Source: Saccostrea echinata
Lineage: Eukaryota
DNA length: 64,000 nt
Assembly: GCF_033153115.1 (NCBI RefSeq)
Contig: NW_026889759.1
Coordinates: forward strand, 4,340,001-4,404,000
Reading direction: 5' to 3'
The notes under the pieces are model-generated. The model saw only the letters and a program-made list of their open reading frames with translations, made no database searches and was not told the origin of the DNA. A program made the position numbers and the translations under genes. Below are positions 48,857 to 62,030 of this stretch, piece by piece; positions within the stretch are counted from its first letter, which is position 1, and each line of letters begins with the position of its first letter.

Positions 48857-51800
48857 ATGTTGTATGTCTTCCATGTTGATACAGGAACCATGATGACCTT
48901 TGACATGGGTCTCCTAGCAGGAAGGTAAATAATTCCAAGTTCAAATTATACTGTGTACATGCAGACCTAAATACAACAATATCATTTGTAATTAAATGAA
49001 AATTTCTAGTATATTTAAGGGAAAAAAGGGCATGTTGAACTTCAGTATTTTCACATGTTTATTTCACTTATGTTTATTTACTTCTCTTATGAACTTTCTT
49101 CCAGTGTGGCTGATCTACAAAAGGTGATCAGTCAGGCATGTCACATATCAGAGGACAAGCAGGTGTTACTAATCAGTGGAGGAGAAAGTCTGGACCCCAA
49201 TACACATGTCCACAAATACCACGCTGGCACTGTGAGTACTCGAGTATAAGTACTGTGTAAGTATGTCTGTCCTTAGTACGCACATCAACAGTACCATCCT
49301 CAGTGCTGGCACTGTAAGCACTCAAGTATAAGTTCTGTGTAAGTATATAACACAGGGGCCAGTATCATACTTTGCTTGATTTTACCTGATCACTATATAT
49401 ACAAAAATGAAATTTTCCTTTTTGTTTACATAAAAACATAGTATGTTACCGGCCCCTGTGGTATGTTAGTGTGTGGACATTAGTCCACATGTACCCTGGT
49501 AATACTGACTGTTACGTGTAAAAGAAAAACATTTAGAACTGTTAATTTGATTTAACTTTATTTTTTTTAGGTTTTTAGAATGCATATATATAAATTATGA
49601 ATGTAATTTCATTAATTATTGCATTCCAGGATACAAACCCTATCTATCTGTTCAGCAAAATGGCGATAGAGGCAGCAACCCCTCCATCACCAAGTGTACA
49701 CTATGGTTCAGGTAAGTTACAGTGCTGGATCCAAATTAACCAGGTGGAATTTTATTAGACAAGTAAATAGAAGATCTAACTTTCTGAAACAATTCTACAG
49801 ATGTGGATATTCCTAGTCAAGTGGAGGGTTCACTCCTTCTGCCTCCAACCTTTGGGACCGTCGTGGCAAGATCTCAACTGGCAATAGTAAGTAAAAATAG
49901 TAAAACAGTTCAATTGAATATTTGATCTGATATTGAAGAATAATATCAATCTGTAAATAACTTTAAAACAAATGATTTTTATGCAACTATTTCATAGGTC
50001 TGTATCATGTATCATGTTGTGCAATTATTTCATACGTCTGTATCATGTATCATTTAGAAAGTTCAAAGCACAAGTAAAGCATTTCTATTTAAGTTTAATT
50101 TTATAAACTTTTAAATCAGTTATTTTTTAAATAATTTCAGCAAATTCATGATGTTGACAAAGAGGAAGAGGAGGCCTGTGAGAAATTGGTTCATGATCAA
50201 CATCTACAACAACAAGGCTGGGCAGCTGTCGTTGCCAACTTAGAAGACATCACATGGTAAATTTTGTTGGAAATACAAATTTCTGATCAGCCTCTTCTTA
50301 TGCTTAGAAAAGTCATATTGAATATTCTGTTGTTTAGAGATAAACTTAGAGATAAACTTAAAATATGATATAAACACTGTAAATATGATGTAAACACTGC
50401 ATGTTGGCATGCTTCATCTTTCGCAAGTGGAGCAGTTGGCAAGCAAGTCCATAAAACTAAATAGCTAGTAATTGTATTTTATTTTTTTTGTTTACAGTGC
50501 CCTTAAACACAGATCAGAGATCTTCACAGAGGCTTACACCAGCTATATTTCTTGTCGTGAGGATTATTTGTCAACGCTGTCCAGGTCAGTAGTAATATTA
50601 TTTATTGTGCTCTGTAAGCAAAGTTAACAACACCGACTCAAAGTTAGGGTCACTAGCAAAGGAAATTCATATTTGATTCTTAACTTGTCACAAAAATATT
50701 GAAAATTATTAATGACCAGAGGGTAGGAAAAGATCTTGACTCAAAGTTATTTATGCAAGATACATTGGCAGAAAAAAAATAATTTTAATATTAGGTTGAA
50801 AGGCCATACTTAACATGAAGATTGCTTATTTCAAAAAATGAGTCTGTAAATCATATTTTGGTTAGGTTAAAGTCATTGTCAGATAACATTTTGAATATGT
50901 TTCCATGTTTTAACTCTGTTATGGAGAAACACTGAAAGTTACAATTTCTTGACTCACTCATTATATAAGATTCAAGTTGTATCAAGACTCTCATCCAATG
51001 TTAATCATTCAAATGCAAACTAATCGAAAAAGATGAAATTTGTTTCCAAGAGCCACATTAGTAGCTTATTTTAGCTTACACAAATTTTTCTATTACAAGA
51101 TGATGTTTTATCATGTATAATAAACCTAATGTGATGATCTGTATACACAGAGAGTCAGTCACTTGTTGACACCCCCCTCCCCCCACCGGTGAGCTCACTC
51201 ATGGAAATCCATGTCTCATGTTTTTACGGTATGTCATTATGTATTGCTAATACATTTACAATGTACCTGCTTTTTTATTTCAGTGTGGCATCCTCACTAG
51301 ATCTTCTGTCTAAGATTCCTGTTCTGCCATGTCTTCTGCAAACTGTGGAGGACTCTTCCATATCAAATAAAAACTTGTTTGATTGGATAAGCTCACAGGT
51401 ACTAGTATACAATAATGTATGCTTAAATAGATCATCATCAGTAAAGCATATGTGCTTTTATAGAGTTAAAATTATTTTTGCTTGTCAAAGTACATGAAAT
51501 CTTAATCACCATTAATTTTTTTTTAATTTGGTGAATTGTTTCAAAAGGACCCCAAGCACAGTTTACACGACATGGTTCACCAGTGTTTGAAGGCAACAGA
51601 ACAGCTGGATCAGCAGGTACTAGACAACCTTATGTCAGAGGTCATGGACACCTTTAAACAGGTGGAAAACCCCAGCATGAAGGAGGTCAAGGGCATTGAG
51701 GACAGGTTGTACGGCTTGGACCAGATCTTAAATGGAGCAAAGAAGACTGTACAGGAACAAAGTGATCTGGCACAGGTTAGCAAAAAAGTTTCTCCATAAG

Positions 51801-54800
51801 TCTGGAAAATTTTATTATTTGATCATTTGATTATTTGAAAATAATAATGTTTTAAGCACTCATACTCTTTGTATTTATGACGGTAAGTTACTTTTATATA
51901 GTTTTGATAAATAATGCACAAAGAACCAGAATACACCGTTTCCTTACTCTCCAACTGCTATTTATATATAACAAGCATTCTGAGAGTATTGCATTAGCAA
52001 TACTAGTCCCCTACCGGCAAGTGTAATCTGGTTCCCGTTAAGAATTTAAAATGCCATAATTCCATCAAAAATCAATGAAGCGGGATGAAATACAAACTTG
52101 ATCTATAACTAATCAAGGTTAAGTCACATACCAAAAATCAACTCAATATCTAAAAGCGTTAAGAAGAAAATTGCGGAAAACCCCTAAAAATTGAAAAGGC
52201 CGTATTTCCATCAAAAATCAATGAAGCGGAACGAAATGCAAACTTGATCTGTAACTCATCAAGATACACTCACATACCAAAAATCAGCTCAATATCTGCA
52301 AGCGTTTAGGGAAAAAGTGCAGAAAACCAAGTGGGACAGACAGAGGGACAGACAGACAGACAGATGGACGGACAGACTCAGAGGAAACCTATAGTCCCCT
52401 CCGGTTTCACCGGTAGGGGACTAATAACAAACCAAGCTGCCTTAAGGCTTGAAAAAGGGTCACTGTGTAGCCGAGTTTTAAATTCATGTCTATTTTTTTT
52501 TTGCTCAACAGGCATTATACCAGAACCAGACACGGGTCAGTAAACTAAGGGACACCTCCATCCTGCCAGATCTCTGTAACAGTCACAAAAAACAGTTAGT
52601 GGTGATGGTCAACAATCACAAAAAGCTCCAGGAAACCAAGAAAAAGTGCAAGATGGCCAAGGAAGAGCTGTCTGTCAATCTTCACACAAGACTCAGGTAT
52701 TGTGTCATTTACTCCTCAAAATGAAATACTTTAAATGGAATTTCTGATTTAAGGATGGATTGGTGCAATACATGTACTTTTTTAACCACTTGTCTTCTGT
52801 ATGAGCACATTCTAGTCTACATTTGGAAAAAAAATAGAAATTATAAAGATTTCCTTGGTGAAATGAGCAAAATCTCCCTTTATTGTAGATGGGTGATGTT
52901 GGTGGAAAAGAGGATCTGTGATGTAGATGGAAAGTTGATGATTTACCATGAAAACCTTAAGCGATTAAGGAAGAGGTTGGACATTTTAAAACAGATCCAT
53001 GAAGCTCCACAAGTGTATGCTAAACTGGTGGTGGAGGTGGTTCGACGAAGGAAGTTCTCTACTCAGTTTTTAAAGGTAAAATGACAACATATGAACATTT
53101 TTAATTCAGACAAAATCAAAAGACTGATTTAAAAAGCAGTTATTTGCTTGTTGTCATCTAACACAGCATGATTTATTAAAACAAGAATTTTAAATAGTTA
53201 TAAATGCACCAGTATTGAAATCTATCTCAAGTTTATTAGTTTATACATACAACCTCCAAAAATATTGATTTGTATACATGTCTGAGTTTATTTCTCTTAT
53301 ACCCATAAATTTATATTGATATTAATCATTCTCCTTACAATCTTATTTCTCAGATGTCCAAGTCAATTCTGGATTCATTCTATAATCCTATCTTGTCAAA
53401 TGTTGCTTTTGACCAGTGTGACTCAGATTTTTTTTCATTGAACCTTTGACTGGTTGATGTTTTACACTATTCTTGCTTTGAACTGGATAGCTTCATGCAA
53501 GATTAAACTCTCAAGGTCATCATAGTTCTGAATTTGTAACAGTGCGTAGATTAAAATCACATTTGTATTCTCGCTCTGAATGAGCTTTGTTTTACCCTTT
53601 CTTAGCAACTACTCATCACAGATGCTTGAAATTTTAGCACAATCTTTGTTAAGGCAATCCATGTAATGGGATTCTTTTTTGTCTGAATCTGATGTCAACT
53701 TCCTGTTTATCCGTGCGTCTGTCTGTACTAAATTTCCGTCACAGTTTTTTCAGCAACTACTTGGTGCAGATGCTTGAAAGTTAAACACAATGTTTGTTTA
53801 GGCATGCCATATGGTGGGATTCAATTTTATATGAATTCGATGTCAACATGAGAGGGTATATTCACATCAGAGCAGGGGTATTACTAGTGAGAATTCTCTT
53901 ACAGACAAGAATTCTGTGAGAGAATTCTCACTAGTAATACCCCTGCTCACACAAGTCTTGTTTTTGACTGATGTTTATATGATGCTCAAAGTTATATCTT
54001 CAGACTCAAGGGACACATAATTCCAAAGTTAGCACTTCTACAAACAATCAATATGAGTTAAAAGTTTGCTTTTGACAAATGCTAATGTACTTCAAATAAG
54101 GGTATTTTGGATGTGGAACTTTAAAAAAAATGTATCTAATTTTCTTTAGATGGAAAAAAGCCACATATTCAAGTATCTTCATTTTAAACTACAATAATCC
54201 ATCATCTCATCTTCTTGTCTTTACAGTGGGCATCACATTTAGCAGTGGAATCACAGAATGTTCATGAAGATGAAGTAAAGAGGAGAGAATTATTCCAAAC
54301 AGAAGTTGGTAAGTACAACACAAATCATTGCAACATAGCTGAAAAATGCTGAGAAACAAATGCACTTTAGTCTAATACTCTCAAAAGTTTATTGATAACA
54401 ATTTTATCCAGTTTAAAATCATTCTCTACAACAGATACCAGTTATGCTTATGCATTTGAAAATTTCAGTTATGATAACATTTTTTTATGTAATATTCTCG
54501 CAGAATTCATAATTAAGTATTTGATACTTACAAATGTATTTCTCTTGAAGTCAAGAATACCGGTAAGTGATTTATCTGTTGTAGGTAACCATTTCCTTCA
54601 GTCACTTTTCAATGGACTGGAAGATTCTCCTGCATCTTTTGCCGTAAGTAGTGCCATAATTATTATCCCCAGTCTGATGAATGTATGTACATGTACATGT
54701 GTTTCATCAAATACATTGAATAAACGTTATCCATTTCACAGACTGAGGAACCAAAGGCATTTGATCAGAGTCTGCCACCAATTACACCTGATGATGTGAC

Positions 54801-57800
54801 CATGCTCAGAAATCAGGTTCCAGAACTTGCTCATAATCTCCAGTAAGTTATGATAATCAATATTTTGCTCTGTGTTTGCCATATCACGAAAGACATACTG
54901 GTAATGTTCAAAAACATGTACTCTTGGTAGCTTTAATTTTGCTGACTGATGTTTAAGGTATTGAGTCAATCATATTTATACTACATTTTGAGCTCAATTG
55001 TTCTACAAACTGTGAAAACAGTAGCAAAGAAACTGTTGCAAAATTACAGCTGTATACAATGTATTTGTTGTAGTACTTTCTGTTTTATATGATTGGATGA
55101 ATTCACAGATCTTTCATCTAGAGAGAGAAAGAGAGAGAGTTGATGTCATGGAACTTTCACAAAAAAATGAATTGGTTTATTTTCTTCGTAGGGTTCCTTT
55201 GGATGTGTCATTCTTAATGAAGGATGTATTCTTTGAGAGGTCATTATTCAAGTTTGGTGAAGCTGCTGCAAAGGGAGGCACTGGGCATGGATTGGCTACC
55301 TCAGACATAGAGATAATCAACAATTGTGATGAAGAAGAAACCTTTCTAACCACAGAACAAAGTCTTTCATTGGAACAGCAGGTGGCTAGCAGTGAGATGG
55401 ATCCAAATCTCCTGCTGCAGATTCAGAAGGAAAGTTGTACTGACAAACCCGAACTATTAATGCCTAAAAGTCTTTCAGAAGAACTGACAAAACAAATGAA
55501 AATTATCAGTAAAGACAAATTACCAAGTGCTACAAGTGTAGACAATTTTAACAAAACTTATCCAGGGGAAAGTGCAATAAAATGTGAGAGTAATGATAGT
55601 GCCAAAAAATCTGTGTGTGGTTTGGAAGCAACCAGTGAATCATTTGGGGCCTCAACTTCTTCAGGAGAGCAGTTAAAATCTACAGAGAGTGAACTGTCTG
55701 GACAAGACAAAACCTCCGAGAGTGTCCCATCAGGGAAGAAGAGGGTAAGGAGACAAACTGACCCAGACATGGAGACTTCACAGGAATTCACTACAGCAGA
55801 CTTCTACATTGAGGATTCCATGCCTTCTTCAATTGCTGACTCACCACCTAGTAAAGAAGACAAACCAAAAGCAAGACCATTACTCCCTGTGGAGAAATCA
55901 GAGGAAGTGAAAATATTGAAGGATAGAGTTCAAACACTGACCCAAGAACTGGAAGAGTCCAAAGGCAAAGTGGACAAATTTGTGAATTTTTCAAGGGAGG
56001 CATTAGAACTTAAGTGTGATTTGTTGCAGTTATCAACCTGTGTACGAGAAAATAAGAATGTTATGTCATCTGAAATTGCAAATACTAAAGACACATTGAA
56101 AGATAGTCTTGTTTCATTTCAACAAGATCTTGACAAAGCAAAGAGGGAGTTAGAGGAAGAGAGAGAAAAGAGTATTGAAAAAGAGGAAACTATTGCTCAG
56201 TGTTGTGAAAAAGAAAAAGTGCTCAAAAAACAAATCTCTGAAAAGGAGTCTGCAATTTCCAGCCTAAACAATGACATTGAAAATCTAAAACAGAAGGTAA
56301 TGGACTTGGAGACTAAAATTTTGAAAGAAAAGGAAAATTTTGAAAGAGAGAAACAGGAATTGGAAGAGGAACATAAAAATAAGATTGAAGAAATTAATAA
56401 AGAAAATTCTCTTGAGCTAGAAGTTGAACTGGATAAGATAAGGGCAGAGTATCAAGAACAAGTTTCAGAACTGGAAAACAAATTAATTGATCGGGAAGCT
56501 ATTGAAGCCAAACTTACTGAAAAAGTTAAAAGCTTAAGCACAGAAAAAAGTAAAGTGGAAGAAAAATTATTTTCTCAATTTCAACAGGAGAAAAATGACA
56601 TCACAAAAATACTTCAGGCTGAGTTTGAAGAAAAACTGAAAAAGGAAATGGATGAACACAGAATGTCACTGGAAGCTAAACACAGAGAGGAAACTGAGTC
56701 TATACAGAGAACACACATTGAAAGGTTAGAAAGTGAGTTGAAGGAACAAAAGGAAAAGTTGATGAAGGAAAAGGATGATGAACTAGAAGTACTGTCTCAA
56801 CAACTGAATACAGAATTTGATAAATCATATCAAGTATTAAAAGAAACCTTAGAGGAAGATCATAAGAAAGCTTTAGGAGATTTCATGTCACAAAGTGAAC
56901 AGAAGTATCAAGAAGAAAAACTCCATAATGAGGAAGTAGTAAAGAAACAAATTGATGAACTTCAATTAAAACTAAACTTATACACAGAGAAAGAGTATGA
57001 TCACAAGGAATCACAGACCGCTAGCAAGGAGAGTGTACAACAGGAAGTCCAAACAGATGTGAAAGACACAAGTCAAACAGAGATTCAAACCGAACAGTGG
57101 CAGGGAATAGAGATGAAGACACAGACAGATACTACACCCGTGACTCAACAGGAGGCTCAGACAAGCCTTCTGTGGACTGAAGGAATGGAAGTAGATACAC
57201 AGACAGAAGGGGTGACAGTGGTTCAGCAGGAGGCCCAGACTCACTTGACTATGGAGGAAGGGAAGGAGAGGAATACACAGACAGATACCCCAGTGATTGT
57301 TCAGCAAGAAATGCAAACAAGCCTCACTATGAATCCTGAAGGAATGGATATAGAAACACAAACTGAAATCAAAACTCAAATCCCTCAAGGTATACAAACA
57401 AGTGTGTGTTTGGAGAAAAGTGAGGAGGGAACTGAAATGGAAACTCAGACAGACATTAGACAAGTCCAGCAACAAGAGATTCAAACATCACTTGAGGTGA
57501 CAAATAGTAGAGCAGAGAGTGAGAAAGAAAAGGCAAATCAAGAAAAGGAGATTCAGACAAGTCTGGGTGATGGTGAGACTGTCATTAGTGCCCAAGAACA
57601 TAGCAACCAGATGGCATTTTTGCAAGTGAGGCTTACAGCTGAAAAAGATAAGGTACATTGATAACCAAATGTAGACTAATCTTAATTTTCCAAACACCAT
57701 TGTTCTAGGAATATGATATTCTCAGACATGTATTAGGAGTTTGCAAAGGAAAAGTATATTGGTTTTCGTTTACTATAAATGACTTATTTTCATGGGGTCA

Positions 57801-60800
57801 ATATTTTGGTTTGAAGAGAGAAAAAAAAAAAATTAATGTTAAATTGATTGCATGGTTGAAGGAGTGAAGAATTATTTGAAGTTTGAAATTTTAATATTCA
57901 GTGAAGGACATGAATTCATGGGTCAAACCATGAAAGCAAGGAAAATTAAATCTTTAAAATATCACATATTTCACAGGATGGATATTTTATGGGAAAATTT
58001 TGAAGTAAAAAAAATTAAAGACAATACAGTCAAACCTCGTTATCTCGAATTTGATAGGACTGAGAAAAAACCGAGATATCTGTGTTCGAGATACCGAAGT
58101 TCAACTGTATGTATATATTTTGCTGCTTAGAAAGCTGATCTTCAGAGACATGTATGATTAAACTATTTTTTTCTACAGGCTCTAATAGAATTGAAACAAA
58201 AGTATGAAAAAGACATTTCTGAACTGATTGGCAAGCTTGAAAAAGAAAAGTCAGATTCTCTAACAGCCATCCAGAATAGTTTACAGGCTGAAAAACAGGT
58301 CAACACATCCAGGATAAAATCTCTTAATTAGTGATGAAAAATCTTTCATTCAGAAATGCTTTCAGGAAGAAAGTCTTGTTTAATCGACTTACTTTTACCA
58401 ATTCCAGGTTGCCTTTAATGAAGCTGTAATCAAACTGGCTCAAGAAAAAGACAAAGTTATAGAAGATCTCAGAAATAAGGAAAAAGAGTTTCTGGAACAG
58501 CTGTCCACTGATCAAGGTATGCATATATTGTATAGATGATACTTACACTGTTAAGCATGTATTATTAGCCCATACATAAAACTTAATGAGCATTTACCTG
58601 TATGCTGGTATTTTGTAGAAACTATTCTGAAGCTGAATGAGGAAAAAAGTAAATTAGAGGACATTAAGACAAGGGCAATGTCACACCTTACAGATAAGGA
58701 AAGAGAGATAAAAGAATATAGGTTAATACTTCATCCTTCATATAAATCCTGCACTCAAACCATAATTTGTGAATTGAAACAATGCTCAGTGCTTTCAGAT
58801 TAACTTTTAAGTTTGTACTTGATTTCTCATAAATTTTGAAAGTGATAAATTATTGCATAATATTTGTCTTTCACAGTGCTGCTAAGCGTCAAATAGAGGA
58901 TGAACTAGCCATGACACGTCAACAGTTGTCTCAGTATCAGTCACAATTACAGGCCATGTCAGCTGTCTCTGTACCCTCAGTGATGGAGATTAGGTATTTT
59001 TTCTTTTTTCTACATTGTACAAGACATTTTTGAAATTTGAGTGAATTGTCATTTTTTATTTAATAAATGTGATTAATGTTTTTTGTAGTCAAACAAATGA
59101 AGCTTCCCGTATTACAACATTAGAAGATGTAAGTTTAGATGTTGGAATTATATTTATATATACTTCAAGTTTTGAGATCCTAGATTTAAAATTCAATTCC
59201 ATTCTTGTATTCAGAGAGTCATGTTTTTTTTATGACACAAATTCTGCTTACAGGAGTTAAAGAATAAATCTGAGAAGATTGTGGAATTACAGCAGAAAAT
59301 GGTAATTTCTTGACATTAATCATTGCTTATGCATGACAGTTTACAGATCATACTTGTATCTATACTTATTGTAAATATAAATATTCTTTGTAAAATCATA
59401 GGTTTGTAACTGGGAAAATATAACTATTAATGTAAAAATGTAAATGTTGGCTTTGAAATTTAATCATATCAACTAAAGAAGGTTTCATGTTATGCAATGA
59501 ATACTGTTGTCTTATATACAAATACTACATACTTATTTTTCCCTGCTAGATGGAGATGTCAATGACTGCTAGCACAAGGAATATTGCTGAAGATAAAGTA
59601 TCTATTACTAGGTCAGTGTATATATTTATACCCCCGCTCCGAAGGAGAGGGGGGTATACTGTTTTACCCTTGTGTGTCTGTCTGTCCATCTGTCTGTCTG
59701 TCCGTAACAAATTTTGGTCGCAGTTTTCTCAGCAAACTCATTGCAGATGCTTGAAATTTTAGCACACTTTTTGTTTAGGCATGCCATATGGTGGGATTCA
59801 TTTTTTACAATTCCGATGTCAACTTCCTGTTTATCTGTGCGTCTGTCCATACCATACATAACAAATTTTGGTCACAGTTTTCTTAGCAACTCATTGCAGA
59901 TGCTTGAAATTTTAGCACACTCTTTGTTTAGGCATGCCATATGGTGGGATTCATTTTTGTGCGAATCCGATGTCAACTTCTTGTTGATCGGTACGTCTGT
60001 CCCTAGCATACATAACAAATTTTGATCGCAGTTTTCTCAGCAACTACTCATCACAGATGCTTGAAATTTTAGCATACCCTTTGTTTAGGCATGCCCTATA
60101 GTGGGATTTATTTTTGTACGAATCCGATGTCAACTTCCTGTTTATCCGTACATTTTTCCGTACTTTACATAACAAATTTTGGTCACAGTTTTCTCAGCAA
60201 CTACTCATCGCAGATGCTTGAAATTTTAGCACACCCTTTGTTTAGGCATGCCATATGGTGGGATTCATTTTTGTACGAATCTGATGTCACCTTGTTGATC
60301 CGTGCGTCTGTCCGTAGCATACATAACAAATTTTGGTTGCAGTTTTCTCAGCAACTACTCATCGCAGATGCTTGAAATTTTAGCACACCCTTTGTTTAGG
60401 CATGCCATATGGTGGGATTCATTTTTGTATGAATCTGATGTCACCTTGTTGATCCGTGCGTCTGTCCATAGCATACATAACAAATTTTGGTCGCAGTTTT
60501 CTCAGCAACTACTCATCGCAGATGCTTGAAATTTTAGCACAACCTTTGTTTAGGCATGCCATACGGTGGGAATCATATTTGTATGAATCGATGTCAACTT
60601 CCTGTTTATCCGTGCATCTGTCCGTACCACACATAACAAATTTTTGTATGTGTATTCACATCAGAGCGCAGGGGTATTATTAGTGAGCACTGGCTCACAG
60701 ACTTCTTGTTTTTTATACGAATAAAAGATATTCATTCCTGTCATGCAAATAGTGTCCTGAAATTGGTGACATTGAGGCACTTGGTATATATGCATCAGCA

Positions 60801-61959
60801 AAATTTCAGTGACTCAGTATCTCATGAAAAATCTACATTGCAGTTCTTAAGGACATACGCAATATACCTTACCTACTGATAATTTTTCAAGATATTCTTA
60901 ATATAAGATTATGGTGCCATCAGATGTTCGTAGACAAAAAATCAGCATGCATTACCAGGGGTTTTGAAAAGATATCAATTAATGAAAATTCTTGTATAAT
61001 TCAAAGAAAAATATACAAAAATTACTAAACATGTATTCTAGATGTTTTGTTTATCCAAACTTGTTTTAGAAGTGTACAAAAGCATATATAGACATTAAAA
61101 TGTAGCACACAGTTCCTTTAAGTATTGGAACTCTTCAACTCCAGGGAAAGAGACAAAGTTCAAACTACGTTGCGTAGGTTCTTAAGCTTTAAGTGATAAT
61201 TTGTTTAGTTCACAGTCATAACTAAAATGATGTTCAAACAAATTGAAATGTGTGTGATAGAAAGAGAATTTATGACAGTGCACTGCAAAAGAATCATTTG
61301 CACTGACCTTTGTGTTTCCACTAGTCATTCAAGAGATATTTCCTAGGTTATCACTGTGACACCATGTCTGCATAAAACGACATGTGACACAAGTTTCAGT
61401 ATTAGAAGTCAACTATACAACAGACATATTTATAAGTGACACTAGTCCCTCCCTTATCTAATGCAAGTCCTCTTCATTTTCAGCTGTAATGTTGGAGATC
61501 TGGCACTGTTCTGTTTAGATGACAGACATGACCAGTATGTTGTGTTCACTATAGGAAGTACCCTTCACTTTCTTCATACAGACTGCCAGGAAACTCTGGG
61601 TCTTAGACCAAGTAGGTCAAAGATATATATGTAAATAACATACTACAGTCAAACTTCATTACCTCAAACTCGACAGATTTAAGATTAAATTTCAAGATAT
61701 CTTGAATAGAGTTAACAAGAATAAAAAACATAAAGAAAAAGTGGTTGGGACTGTCAACTCACCTTGGCATATCCTGGTATACCAGATATTGGTGTTCGAG
61801 ATAACAAAGTTCAACTATATTTGTCTAAATTCTTTCTTGATAAAAATGGGTTAGTTATTTGCTAATAATGATGAAACATTGTTTACAGATCCCGGTGAAA
61901 CAAAGAAATCATGGGTACTGGCAGAAATTACAGAGAAGGAGTACTGTCAGGCTAAAAAG
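48857..61959 (+). CDS. RB1CC1: RB1-inducible coiled-coil 1 / FIP200 (Atg11/Atg17-like autophagy scaffold), 3'-truncated by the window. Exons 48857-48924, 49105-49231, 49630-49711, 49801-49886, 50141-50256, 50498-50584, 51284-51398, 51548-51775, 52512-52696, 52889-53075, 54227-54308, 54585-54643, 54742-54842, 55192-57652, 58179-58298, 58408-58516, 58619-58721, 58877-58993, 59089-59128, 59254-59301, 59550-59611, 61484-61611, 61889-61959
   Basis: N-terminus MLYVFHVDTGT..VADL..QVLLISGGE..AGTDTNPIYLFSK, then LVHDQHLQQQGWAAVVANLED, LPDLCNSH and VVEVVRRRKF, a long coiled coil, and the Claw domain (VGDLALFCLDDRHDQYVVFT..LHFLH..WVLAEITEKEYCQAKK). Confidence 0.95.
49351..49460. mobile_element. 110-bp MITE
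   Basis: CACAGGGGCCAGTATCATACTTTG / CATAGTATGTTACCGGCCCCTGTG, about 24-bp TIRs. Confidence 0.7.
51970..52427 (-). mobile_element. Short HINE-type element, reverse orientation
   Basis: Hairpin GTATTGC-ATTA-GCAATAC plus TAGTCCCCTACCGG at the left; two internal units and (GACA)n; palindrome TAGTCCCCT.CCGGT..ACCGGTAGGGGACTA at the right. Confidence 0.85.
53570..53962 (+). mobile_element. Fragment of the 154-bp-unit HINE family with a fold-back 3' end
   Basis: Two units match 59625-60710. The terminal box is duplicated in inverted orientation at 53870-53948. Confidence 0.75.
57001..57565 (+). repeat. Coding repeat within RB1CC1: 15 QT motifs (5 TQT), about 25-aa di-motif period
   Basis: Read from the translation of ORF 55097-57661: alternating EGxExxTQT[DE] and QQExQTSL. 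Confidence 0.9.
58027..58107. mobile_element. Minimal 81-bp MITE, same family as 92-269
   Basis: TA|CAGTCAAACCTCGTTATCTCGAA ... TTCGAGATACCGAAGTTCAACTG|TA. Confidence 0.75.
59625..60710 (+). mobile_element. HINE-type element with six ~154-bp units
   Basis: 5' hairpin TATACCCCC..GGGGGTATA, GTCT microsatellite, units near 59743, 59896, 60053, 60210, 60364 and 60518, 3' GGGGTAT box plus GTGAGC..GCTCAC hairpin and CTTGTT end. Confidence 0.85.
60851..61181. mobile_element. Degenerate TTAA-flanked (Kolobok-like) element
   Basis: TTAA|GGACATACGCAA ... TTGCGTAGGTTC|TTAA. Confidence 0.55.
61646..61817. mobile_element. MITE, same family as 92-269
   Basis: TA|CAGTCAAACTTCATTACCTCAAA ... TTCGAGATAACAAAGTTCAACT. 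Confidence 0.65.
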
Positions 61960-62030
61960 GTACAAATATATACATTTCTTAGAATCCTGTGTAAAACACT
62001 GAAATAACTCTCCATCTGTAAATAGTATAT

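Noticed and set aside
57011-57484. 157-aa antisense ORF over the QT array
   Set aside because: Most simply a shadow of the repetitive sense codons. It is Leu/Cys/His-rich with no independent gene signals.
55097-57661. 854-aa ORF as a standalone gene
   Set aside because: It is the large internal exon (55192-57652) of RB1CC1, and its first ~30 codons are intronic.
59714-60683. Repeated ORFs (LQMLEILAH...RHAIWWDSF)
   Set aside because: They are translations of the 154-bp satellite units in a HINE. The same applies to the ORFs at 16795-17567 and 39178-39855.
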